Of a stretch of 64,000 nucleotides of DNA, positions 26,401 through 37,589 are shown one piece after another. The DNA comes from Lama glama (lineage: Eukaryota), in NCBI GenBank assembly GCA_028534125.1, contig CM052832.1, positions 9,426,001 through 9,490,000 on the forward strand. The letters are read 5' to 3'. The notes beneath the pieces are model-generated. The model was given only the letters and a program-made list of their open reading frames with translations, searched no databases and was not told the origin of the DNA. The position numbers were made by a program, and so were the translations under genes. The first letter of the stretch is position 1. Every line of letters begins with the position of its first letter.

Positions 26401-27465
26401 GATTCACAAGGCCTGAGCCCCAGGTCCTCAGGGAGCAGGACTGGAGGATCCTTCCTGCAGCCCAGGCCCAGACCTCTCCAGCTGGGCATCCTGCAGAGAC
26501 CCTCCCTGAGTCCCCAACAGCGAGGGTCCACCCACAGCTCCTCCTAGGCCCTGGCTGGAGTGACCAACCCCTGGTGGAGAGCTACTGCTGTCCCAGAGAG
26601 AGAGGACAGTCAGGACCTGCACACCAGAAGGGGAAGTAGCTCCAACCCCCACTTCCTGGAAGCAAAGTCCAAACTCTCCATTTGCAGGTTCCTGGGCTGT
26701 GAGTCAGGCTTCTCCATTCCTGGGGTTTGGAGGAAGCAGTTGATGCTGCAGACTGAAAAATAGAGAAATAATGTCTGTTGGTGCCCAAAGGAAGCCTTGG
26801 GAAGCCTCCCAGAGCTGAGAGTTAGCCTGAGACCTGGAGCAGGGAGCAGTGGGGCCGTGAAGGAACAGGAGTGGACCAGTCACTCCGTGCGGAGGAAGAT
26901 TTCGGTGCTCATCGCCTGCATTGGCAGAACTTATCCAGTGTAATTGGGTTACTGGATTATAAAACTTCTGCTGGCTTTATTTAGAAGACTAATCAGAAAG
27001 CATTTAGAACAGCAACATTGCTATAAAGGACACCATGAACCATGAGCCCATGTCTTGGAGAACTGCCCTTGGCTTTTGGGAGCAGAATCCCAGGAGAATC
27101 CAAGTTAAGCTCCTTTGACAGACCTGAGAGGAAGTCTTGCCTAAAAGTTAAGCCAAGTCGCTTGGGGAATTGTGTATACAGTCTCTGAATGATGGCCCAG
27201 TGTTGGAGAAAGGAAAATCTTTATGGTTTTTCTTCCTCAAACAAGCGATGGTGGTCTGGCAGGAGCAGGGTGTTACCCCTTCCGAATTGTAAACAAACAA
27301 GTCTTGCTGAGCCCTTGGCCAAAGTCAACTTCCTCTTCTCCCTCTCTCTTTCTCTGGTTCAAAGGATGGTCCTTTTGGACAGATAGCTTCCTTGCAGAGT
27401 GTGCTCCATCTCCTGGTGCCCCCGGGGGTATGGAGGGAGAGAAGACGGACTTTGATGCATTAGAA

Positions 27466-27800
27466 CAGGGGTCTGTGGCTCAGGCCAAAGCCAGCGTCTG
27501 CCTGGTCTTACACGGCTTGTGAGCCAAGAAGGGTTTTTTCTGTTTTGTTTTGTTTTTTTAATTTTAAATAGTTGAAGAAAAATCAAAGAACATAATTTCT
27601 TGACATGTGAAAACTATATAAAATTCAGTTTCAGTGTTCATAAATTAAGTTGTATTAGAACACAACCACACTCACTCACTTATATATTGTTTATAGCTGC
27701 TTCCAACTGCAGAGTTATGACAGACATCATATGGCCCGTAAAACTGAAAATATTGACTAGCCAGCACTGTACAGAAAGAAAAACTGTGTGCTAAAACATC
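27466..27800. mobile_element. MER58B-like MITE
   Basis: gtgagccaagaagggttttt ... catgtgaaaactatataaaattca ... atatggcccgtaaaactgaaaatatt. Confidence 0.75.
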
Positions 27801-28489
27801 TCTGTAGAGCCTTATTATTATGTACAGCATTCCATAAATCTGGCACTTTAGGGGGCTGGACCATCAATGGAAAATAGTGAAATCTGGCCCTTGGTCCATG
27901 TCAGAAGCATGGAGACCCAGGGTGAAGTGCTCTGGGTCTCATTTGCCTGGCGCAGCATTTCAGCTCAATGAGTGTTTCTGGAGCAAGTGCTGTGTCCCAG
28001 TCACTGGGGTCACAAGACAGGGTAGGATGCTGTCCCTCCTCTGATTGACTGGACAGCCAGTGGGGACTTGGGTTCGGAAGCAGGTCACTTGACTATAATG
28101 CTTCAGGGGAAAGGGAGAGCATCTCGGGTTCTGAGCAGACATTTTTTTTTGTGGGGCCGAATCTGGAATCCTGGAGTCTTGCTCTAAGGAAGGAATTGAC
28201 CAAAGAAATGTGAAAGCAGTAGTTCTGGGAATTCATTCATGAATGAAAAAGCTCTTGGCACCAGTTACCCAATAGGAAGTGTTGTCCATAATGAGCAGAG
28301 CAAGTTACCTTATTAGAAACATAATAAAGACTTGAACCTTGAGTTGGTATTATGACAGTTCTATGGGATTGACTAATCCACCAAGAACAGTTTCCAGATT
28401 TTAAATGGTAGGTTTAAAATAGCCTCTGGATGAGATGCTGAACTGTGGGCCTGGCATGCTGCCGCCTGTGTGGTGGGGGTAGGAGTGTG

Positions 28490-28770
28490 GGTGTGTACAG
28501 GCATTCTTGTGTGAGCATAAAATATCTCTAGAATATACAGGAATCTGACAGGTTGTCCCAGGAGGGGTGCTGGGTGTCTGGGGACAGGGGTGGGAGGAAG
28601 AGTTTTGGCGTATACTCTTTTAAAAAATTGTGCTCTAACTTTTCACTTTATTTTCAAGCATTTATTTGGGGTAAGTTTCACTCTTCTGTATACTGTTTTG
28701 TACCTTTCGAGTTTTGAGCCAAGTGAATATAGTACCTATTCAAGAAGTATATAAATTTAATGTAAAATAA
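28490..28770 (+). mobile_element. Ancient L1ME-type 3' end
   Basis: ggggacaggggtgggaggaagag ... ttttgtacctttcgagttttgagccaagtgaatatagtacctattcaa. Confidence 0.55.
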
Positions 28771-28929
28771 GTAGTGTGTGATTTTGCTGTTACCTCCTTC
28801 CGTCTTCCTAGGGAAGTCATTTTCCCTCTTTCATTATATGATTCTTGATGGCTGACTGCTGTGAGTCTGGTCTAGGCCCAGCAGTTATAACTCTACTCCA
28901 TCTGAATGTGGGGAGACTCGTTGACCTCT

Positions 28930-29095
28930 AAGGCGGTCTTCAACTTGAGAGGCTGTCAGACTCAGCAGGAGGGCTCATTGAAGCACAGACTCCCCAAGAT
29001 TCAGGGCGTCTGGGTGGAGCTCAAGAGTCAACATTTCCAACAAGTTCCCAGGTCACGTGGATGCTGCTGGCCCGGGAACCACATTTTGAGAGCCT
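28930..29095. mobile_element. MER5A-like MITE
   Basis: catttccaacaagttcccaggt...gatgctgctggcccgggaaccacattttgag. Confidence 0.7.
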
Positions 29096-29789
29096 CCCCT
29101 CTGACTTTCTAGGGTTCTGTGCTTGTAAATAAGCTACATTCCCAGGTCTGAAAATGGCAACAAATAGAGAGTAGATTCCTGTAGCTCAGAACACGAAGTA
29201 GTACTTGCCCAGCAGTTTGGGAACACAATAAAGCAGACAGGTCAACAGAAGTAAAGTTACATAGCTTCCATTCCACCCATGGGGGCTTGGTGGAGGGACA
29301 CAAGATCAGATCGTGGTCAGAGTCTGGTGAGTTTCAACAGGTAGCTCTTCCTGGGGGAGGTGACTTGGCACCAGGCTTTCGAGGAAGGTTAAGTGGTGAA
29401 ATTTAAGCCAGGTAGAGCCTTCTGATATCTCTAAGCCTAATGCCCACAGGATAATGCTGCTGAACATTATTTTAGGGCCCCCACAATTTATCACTGACCA
29501 TGCATATTCAACCTGATCATTGGTGAATGCCTGACAAGGACATGGTGCCCCAGCATAGACCCCTGCACCTGACTTCATGCCTGTATGCATGCTGTTCCCC
29601 CAGCTGGATACCCTTCTTAGTCCTCCCTCTCATCTCTGTAAACCCTATTTGTCCATCAGGACCTAGGTAAAAAGCCTAATAACTATTCTTCATGAGAATT
29701 TCTCATCTGTTCAGCCTACACTGGGTATCTTTTTCTCTGTATCAGTTCATTAGGACATTTGATCATTATTGTCCTTTTTTTCATTTATT

Positions 29790-30255
29790 ATTGATTCATT
29801 CAACAATATTACCCATCCTTCAAGAAATTCTTATCAGAGGGCCTACACTATATTGGGAATTGTGGTAGGTTTGAGGAATAGAACCATAGGCAAAAAAAGA
29901 CATGGTCCCTGCTCTATTAGAGAAAGATCCATTAATCAAATAATTGTCCTGATGGAAATACAATTACAGGCTGAAAAGAATGGTCTGAAGAAAAGTAATA
30001 TGGCTTTATGAGAACATAAAAGAAATAACCCTGATGTGGCCTTGGGGGTTGGGGTCAGGGTAGACTTTCTGAGAAAGTATAGTTTGGACTGAGAGCTGAA
30101 GGATGCCCAGAACTTGGCTGGATGAAGAGGTGGAGTGGGGAAGGGAAAAACTCCAAATCGGGGGGACCAGCATGTGCAAAGGTCCTGTTGTGGGAGGCAA
30201 CTTGGCAAGTTCAAGGAACTGAGTGGAGACCAGAGTGGCTGGGAGTAGGGACGGG
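29790..30255. mobile_element. L2 LINE fragment
   Basis: ggtcagggtagactttctgag ... cagcatgtgcaaaggtcctg ... ccagagtggctgg. Confidence 0.65.
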
Positions 30256-31149
30256 GAGGGAGTGGAGAACAAAGAGAAGAGGGTTACATTGTGAGGGACA
30301 GACTGTGTGGAGCCCTAAGTCAAGGGGGAGTCTTCGGAGGAGCTTCCATTTGAGGGGAGAGGATGTAGAGTTTGCCTGTGAACATGGAAGTGGGGATTTG
30401 CAGGAGGCAGCTGATTAAGAGCTCAGATAATCCATGTGGAGAGTGGTCACTGGGGGTCAGTTGGGTGTGTCTGGTGAGCGGGAATGTTGGGAGGGTGAAC
30501 ATGTGAGAAAAGGAAGGGTGTCTCCTTAGACTCGGGGTCATAAGCCCCCGAAGGACACTTGGAGAAAGCAGAGTCACTTTCCCCGGCAGCAGAGTGGACA
30601 TTTCTCTCATTTCTCTCTTGCTGCCTGCTCACCATTGTCCAAGTTCAGGTCTTAATTACATCTCACCTGGATGTGGCAGGAGCCTCCTAGTACATTGCTT
30701 CTCAAATTTTAATGTGCACAAGAATCACTTGGAGATCTTGGTAGAATGCTGATTCTGATTAACAGACCTCAGGTCCGAATTTCTCAGGAGCTCTCAGGTG
30801 ATAGAGACTACATGGTGAGCAGTAAAGGGAACTGGTCTCCCTGCTTCTGAAGCTCAGCGCCTCAACACACAGCATCCTTACGCCCCTGCCCTGGAGCCTC
30901 CAGTGGCCATGCATGACTCACTGCATAACTGCACCTCCAGCATCTGCTCCGGCCGTCTTTGGCCAGCCTGTGTTTCCCCCACTGCTTCCCTTGTTCCACT
31001 GTTCATTCCACCATACCGAACCCCTCTCCCTGAACTTGTCCATCTCCTTCATTCAGAAAGGGTCAAAGACCAACTCAGGCTAGTTCCCAGTTGGAGGGGA
31101 CCTACTGCAGTCGTCTTCACACCTCCTGCTTAAAATCCCCCACAAAAGG

Positions 31150-32890
31150 ATTCTGTAAAACCATTTACCCCCTCGCACATTTTTAAGTTTACATTGCCAT
31201 TTTTTATCATACGTCTGCAGAAGATGCAATTCCCAGTACATTGTAAACGTTGATATTTTTAAGTAAAACTATTACATCACTTTTAAATTTATCTGGTGGA
31301 ATCTAAACACCATAGGAATTTGATACCCGCCATCATCCATTTAAAAAATGCATGAACATGCTCTTTGCTAATAGTCAGTGTTCCTTTTTCTCCTTGAAAT
31401 TTTATTTCTGTTTCACTTCCCCTGTGGAACTTTATCCTAATGTGATATGTTTTTATGCTTAAAACTCCTTGGTTTGTTTCCTTATATTTCCCTGTAACAA
31501 TTTTATGTGAAGTTAAAACTTTTTCAATTTCCTGAAATCATAAAGCTCTAACTATTAAAATTTTCTTCCTGTTTGAGTTATCGTTATGATTATGACTGTA
31601 ATGATAACTCAAGACATATTAAGTAATAGTATGCAACTGATCAAAACAACATAAAATGTATTACTAATTTGGATAAATAATAAACATAAAAACTAAACTT
31701 ACATTAAAATGTATCCCAGTGAATTGATGACGCTGGATGACTTTTTAAAATAATTTTTTTATTGATGTATAACATGCTCACATATATGTGATGAGGTCAG
31801 AGTGTACAGCTCAGGTTATCCCAGCGTGAGCACAGCCACGCAGTTATCACCCAGGTCCAGAGATAGAATACTGCTGGTGCTGGGTTATCTCTTCTGTTTC
31901 TTCGTTTATCCACGAAAGAATACTGTTTGCTGCATGAGATATGAGACAAGGATCAGCATCGATTGTATTTCCATTTTTTCATATATATAGATATAAATGC
32001 TGAAAACCTTCATTTGCATTAACTAATAGATAAAAATACAAGTTTTGTTAAAACAGGCTCAACTCAGTTCTTGATCTACTTCTGAGTCAAATGCCAAGTC
32101 ACATAGTGATCTATCACTAACAATTACATTTTAATTACCTCTACTAGGCCTTCCTAATTAAAAAAATTTTTTTGGAAACCACCCAACCTGCAAAGAAGAT
32201 TTACTGCTTATTTATTAGAGTTGCTCACTTTCTCAGTGTTCTGCATCCTCTTGTGTGGCAACCAGGGGAGTTATCCCTGGGGCATAAGCCCAGTTAAGAT
32301 TTGGGAGGAAATGAGTAAGAGGTTTGTCCTTCTTTTATAAAGAAGCAGGGCTGTTGTGAACGAGCAGGTATAAAAGGACAACTTGCACCTCTACCACTGG
32401 TTAGCAGACGCAGGTCCTGTCCATAACCACTTGGCATGGACCAAATATGCTTTATGGACGTTTGGGGTAAGACCAGATGTCAAGAACCTTTTGACATGCA
32501 CCAAATGTCTTTTGGATGTTTTGGATAAGACCAAATTTCAGGGATGTTTTGGCATGAACCAAATGTCTTGTGGACCCAATGTCTGATGGACATTTTGGCT
32601 AGGACTAAATGTTCTATTAATTAGATGTTCTTATTTGCATTATGTTAATTTTGCTTTCTGAAAAAAAAAGACTTGGATATTAAAATCCTAATTTTTGTTG
32701 GAAAACATTCTGAGATGAGTTGTTATAATCCAGTTTTGTTTGGGTTTTTTTAGTAGTCAAATGATATATAATAAAAAAGTATGAGCCTAAAAAAAAATCT
32801 GAATCTGGAAATTAAAACTTTGGGTGAGTTGGAGTGCTTGGAAAATCTTCATGTACTCCCTGGGGGTTTACACATCCCACTTTGAAGTTC
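31150..32890. mobile_element. Decayed hAT-Charlie-like DNA transposon region with nested insertions
   Basis: AT-rich block ending in a Charlie-like terminus (catgtactccctgggggtttacacatcccactttgaag). It contains an L1 3' fragment at about 31750-31870. The family assignment is uncertain. Confidence 0.45.
32431..32614. repeat. Array of about 29-nt imperfect palindromic units (consensus GGAYRTTTTGG-N4/5-ACCAAATGTC)
   Basis: ACCAAATGTC-like motifs start near 32439, 32471, 32499, 32529, 32557, 32573 and 32603. Most are preceded by an inverted copy. Confidence 0.85.
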
Positions 32891-33709
32891 ACGAAAGAAC
32901 CTGTATGGATTCAAATCAGACTAGAGCAGTCTCTCAAATTTTCCTGGTTCATGTTTCTAAGGGAAGGAATCTGACAGGCCCAGCCTATTTTTTTGTCAGG
33001 CCACATCGTAGGCTTCCGGCCAGGTGGTCAGCACCATGTACAGATGTTTCCCCAAGCAGGGACCACAAGGAAGCCGGTAGCTATGTACTGACTGACGTGC
33101 GCAGTACTCTTCCTTGAAACTTTCTCCAATTCTGCTCTTCTGGAAATACGCTCTCCAGTCTGTGAGTTTCTTGCCTGTTATTTTTCCCTTTTTAGTACAT
33201 GCATCTCTTTCCTCCTTGTATTGTAGTTATTGACGTGACCAATCGCTTCTTCTAACTGTAAGCTCCTTGAGACCTGGCCCGTGTCATAATCATTCCCTAG
33301 TATCGTGTCTTACACTTAGTAGATGTCTGTGTCTTTAAGTATGTGTTGACCAGATGAATTGATGAATGAATGTCTTAAACTTCTTCATATTCCCTACAGG
33401 TCCTCAAATAGGCTAGGCTTTCAATAGCAGGGTGACAGAAGAATGGATGAATTAATCAGTGAGCAAAACAATGCAACTCAATAAACTAATGAGCCATTGA
33501 GCAATGGCTTGAAAGTTAGAACGTTTACATCTCACATGGGGGTCAAGATCTGTAAACTCAGTGTGAAGGTGGGGCAGGTCTGGAAACTGCCAATTTCTAA
33601 TCCAGGCTCCTGTTTTGTATTTATCGCTGTAATGGTTCGTGGTGGATATGATTGCTCACTGCAAAACATGAGGTAAATCCTTTCCTGCCCTTTACATCCT
33701 GTCTTGCAG

Positions 33710-33969
33710 GTGTGAGCAGCATCTCTTCACCACGGTGGTGTTTGGTCCGTACCTCAGGCCGGGTGAGGATGTAAAACTCCCAGCTCTGCACATGAGTGGT
33801 ACAGACCGACAGGAACACCTGGCTCCAGCCACAGTCATGGACATGTCAGCCGTGGAGTAGTGTGGACATCTTCTCTCAGCTTCTCAGGGTTTCAGTCCTT
33901 TCGGGTTTGTGTCATTGACATTTTTTTTTATGGTTTTGTGGCTGCACGTTCACGAACAAGGCGGGCACC
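33710..33969 (+). other. TRERF1: 5'UTR part of the first coding exon
   Basis: Acceptor tttcctgccctttacatcctgtcttgcAG (AG 33708-33709). An in-frame TGA at 33916-33918 lies upstream of the main ATG. Confidence 0.8.
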
Positions 33970-34019
33970 ATGGGGGATCAGCAACTGTACAAGACCAACC
34001 ACGTGGCCCACAGTGGTGA
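33930..34019 (+). promoter_or_regulatory. Out-of-frame 29-aa uORF overlapping the main start codon
   Basis: ATG at 33930 (context tttATGG), 40 nt before the main ATG, ending at TGA 34017-34019. Confidence 0.55.
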
Positions 34020-35391
34020 GAACCTTTTCTACCAGCAGCCACCACTTGGCGTCCACGGCGGGCTGAACCACAACTATGGGAATACAGTCCCCGGGGCTGG
34101 AATGGATGCCCCTCAGGCATCACCCATTTCCCCTCACTTCCCTCAAGACACTCGGGATGGTCTGGGCTTGCCTGTTGGCTCCAAAAACCTGGGCCAAGTG
34201 GACACCTCGAGGCAGGGAGGGTGGGGAGGCCATGCAGGGCCTGGAAACCATGTCCAGCTACGTGGCAACCTGACCAATTCGAACATGATGTGGGGGGCAC
34301 CAGCCCAGGCGGAGCCCACCGATGGCTACCAGTACACCTACTCCCAGGCCAGTGAGATCCGGACCCAGAAGCTCACCAGTGGTGTCCTGCACAAGCTAGA
34401 CTCTTTTACCCAGGTGTTTGCCAACCAAAACCTGCGAATCCAGGTCAACAATATGGCCCAGGTGCTGCATACCCAGTCAGCAGTGATGGACGGAGCCCCA
34501 GACAGTGCCCTCCGCCAGCTGCTGTCCCAGAAGCCCGTGGAGCCCGCAGCACCGGCTCTCCCTTCCCGCTACCAACAGGTCCCCCAGCAGCCCCACCCTG
34601 GTTTCACTGGCGGGCTGTCCAAACCAGCTCTTCAGGTGGGGCAGCACCCAAGCCAGGGGCACCTGTATTATGACTACCAGCAGCCACTGACTCAGATGCC
34701 TGTGCAGGGAGGACAGTCACTGCAGGCACCCCAGATGCTGTCCCAGCACATGCAGCAGATACAGCAGCACCAGTATTACCCGCAGCAGCAACAGCAGCCG
34801 GTGGGGCAGCAGCGTCTGTCGATGCAAGAAATGCAGCCGCAGCCGCAGCAGCAGATCCGCCCTCCACAGCCCCAGCAGCAACCGCAACAGCAGCTGCAGC
34901 AGCGGCAGGGTTCAATGCAGATACCTCAGTATTACCAGTCCCAACCCATAATGCAGCATTTGCAAGAGCCACAACAGCCACAGATGCACCTGCAGCCCCC
35001 TTCGTATCACAGGGACCCCCACCAGTACACCCCGGAGCAGGCACACGCTGTCCAGCTGATCCAGCTGGGATCCATGCCCCAGTACTACTACCAGGAGCCC
35101 CAGCAGCCCTACGGCCACCCCCTGTACCAGCAGAGCCACCTGCCCCAGCACCAGCAGCATGAGGACAGTCAGCCCAAGACATATCCAAGCGACAGGCAGG
35201 CCCAGGCCATGCTGAGCTCCCACGGGGACCTGGGGCCTCCAGACACAGGAATGGGAGACCCTGCAAGCTCGGACCTGAACCGGGTCGGCAGTGCTCTCCC
35301 CCACCGGCCTCTTCTGTCCCCAAGTGGCATCCACCTCAACAACATGGGACCTCAGCACCAGCAGCTGTCTCCCAGTGCCATGTGGCCCCAG
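33970..35391 (+). CDS. TRERF1: TRERF1 first coding exon (474 codons; Gln/Pro-rich N-terminal region)
   Basis: Strong Kozak context GCACCATGG. Translation runs MGDQQLYK...SAMWPQ, then donor CAG|GTATTC, phase 0. Confidence 0.97.
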
Positions 35392-36848
35392 GTATTCTCA
35401 CAGTGGAAGTTGCTCTTGGTATCTCAGTGTGCTAATGAACCAGCCGGCGCAGCGTCTCTGCTGGGCCCAGTCCTCTCTCTGACCCCTCAAACTCTTTATT
35501 TCCTTATTTTCTTTCTTTATTCCGCAGACATTAACCAGACACTGTCTATTCTAGGCCATCAGAATACAAAATCGGTTTTGACTCAGTCCTTTGCCCATAG
35601 AGCTTATAATCTCCCTAAGGAGGCAGCTAGAATACCTTTATCAGGTCTTGAAATGATGTACGTAGTGGTCAATGCCTGCTCAGGTGCCCAGGGATTACAC
35701 AGTGGGGGTGTCTGGTCCCCCTTAGATCTGTATCCTCAGAGAGTTTCCTGTGAAACTGTTCCCATTTTGGGAGGGAGACCACATTATGATAGTATGTCAC
35801 AGAGAATATTGCTCAGAACAGGAGTTCCATAGAATGTTTAATGGATAGTGCTGGGGGGAGGGGAATGGGCTTTCTGGATGAAGAAATTTGGGGTTTCTTA
35901 AAGTGAAACAGGTTGCAGTTCTGCTAGGCTTCTCCGAGCCTTTAATATGCTAATGTACACTGTGGATCTCCCAAAGGGGATGCCTCGTGGAGTTGCAGAG
36001 GTGAAAACCTTAGCTGCCCACATGATCTGGGCAGGTAAAGTCAATAAGCAAAATGGCCTAGAGTGAGATAAAAAGGACCGTGGTGGACAGAGAGCAGATG
36101 CCCCATCTAATGATATTCTTCTTAAGGATTTTTATAGTCTAGCCAAGCACACCATGTCCACAGGCCAAATTCAACCTGTGGGCAATGGTTATTAACTCTT
36201 GATTGCTTCCCAAATGTATTTGACCACCAAACCACCTACTGTGTGCTAGCATGTTCCAAGGGGACAGTCATGTAGCAGCAGGGTTGGGGAGGAGAGTATC
36301 TTGAAGGATCAGGATGGATGGAGAGAGGGCTCTGATGAAGGCTGAAGGCCAGAGATGAACTCCCCTTGACCCTATTTTGCTTAGGACTCAGGCCAGTAGT
36401 CACTGAGAGCCTTTGTGAATATAAGAGTAAGAAGTCATGGCCAAGGCTGAAAAGGAATTCCAGCAGGAGGTCTCCAGCGTGATGCTCTGTTGTCCAGATC
36501 TCCATTCTGTGTCTCTCGCGGGAATGGAGCCTGTCTGGGCACAGAGTGGGTGGACGGGGAAAACAGGAAGGAGGGAGGTGGGGGATCGAGTGTTAGTGGG
36601 GCTTTTGGCTGGTGGGGCTCCCTAAGGTGGGTGGGGTGCCAAGTTGGAAAGCATCAAGAAAAAATTCTGGAAGCCTCATGTGGAAGAGCAAGGGTGTGAG
36701 TGGCCATGAGCCCGGTCAGCCTGAGATGGAGAGTGGGAAGGATCCTAGAAGTGTAAGCCCTGGGGTTCCCGCCACTCAAGGACTCCTCCCATCAGAAACA
36801 CGTTTGTTCTCTTTCCTTCTTCTGGTGTCCTGCATGGCTCAAAATTAG

Positions 36849-36895
36849 ATGCATCTACCTGATGGCAGAGCACAGCCAGGGTCCCCGGAGTCAAG
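36849..36895 (+). CDS. TRERF1: TRERF1 coding exon 2 (47 nt, MHLPDGRAQPGSPES)
   Basis: Acceptor aaatTAG|ATG and donor AAG|GTAAGA. The phase joins correctly to both neighbours. Confidence 0.93.
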
Positions 36896-37004
36896 GTAAG
36901 ATGGATGCATGGAGGCTTGTTGGCATTTTGGGTGACTGGGAGATTTTCCTGAGTTACCGCTCATGATTCATTTCCAAATTCAAAATCAATTCTTCAAAGA
37001 CGTT

Positions 37005-37245
37005 TATAAGAACAGTAATGGCAGCTATTATGTTTGAGCGCTTACTCTTTCTCTAGTTGATGTGTAATAAAGTAGCCCAGTGAGGGTGGGTGGCACACGC
37101 CTAGCACACAGTTAGCACTCAACCGTTGTTAGCTATTACTATTATTATTTTACAAATGAGAAAACTGAGGCTCAGAGAGCTTAAGATTGCACATCAAGTA
37201 AGTAGGGACGCTGGGATAGACTCCAAAGCCCATGTTCTGTGCCCT
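37005..37245. mobile_element. MIR fragments
   Basis: ttttacaaatgagaaaactgaggctcagagag and cctagcacacagttagcactcaa. Confidence 0.7.
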
Positions 37246-37589
37246 GTCCTTTCACTGAGTATTTCTTGAGTACCTACTGTGTGCCAGGCATAGAGCTAAG
37301 CTTAGAGACTGCCGCCGTCAATGGTACAGTCTTGTTTCCTCCCCTTATGGGCGTGGTAAGAAATTAAAGACTCAGCCAGAACCTGATAAACTGCTAAGAT
37401 GTGTGGTCTGGAGGCTGCACCAGAGGACTTAGACATATGTCTCTGAAGGAAGGCTTCTGGAAGAGGCAGGCCCTTGCTGACGGTAGAAGGGTAATAAGCC
37501 AGAGGCAGGGGGAAAACCCAGCACCCGAAGGCCCAGAATGAAGAAGGACATTGTATTCAACTCTTAAATGATCCTGAGCATGCCCTCTC

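Larger units (their letters stand above)
10127..33860 (+). promoter_or_regulatory. Spliced 73-aa upstream ORF (10127-10197 joined to 33710-33860)
   Basis: Manual translation across the predicted junction: 71+151=222 nt, ATG to TAG, no internal stop. It depends on the 5'UTR exon call. Confidence 0.6.

Noticed and set aside
32431..32614. CRISPR-like interpretation of the palindromic array
   Set aside because: There are no unique spacers, the repeats are degenerate, no cas genes are present and the context is a mammalian intron. Kept only as a repeat finding.
34604..35358. Antisense ORFs of 239 aa and 148 aa (poly-Ala/Leu-rich)
   Set aside because: They are the shadow of the CAG-rich, GC-rich sense coding exon, with no independent support.
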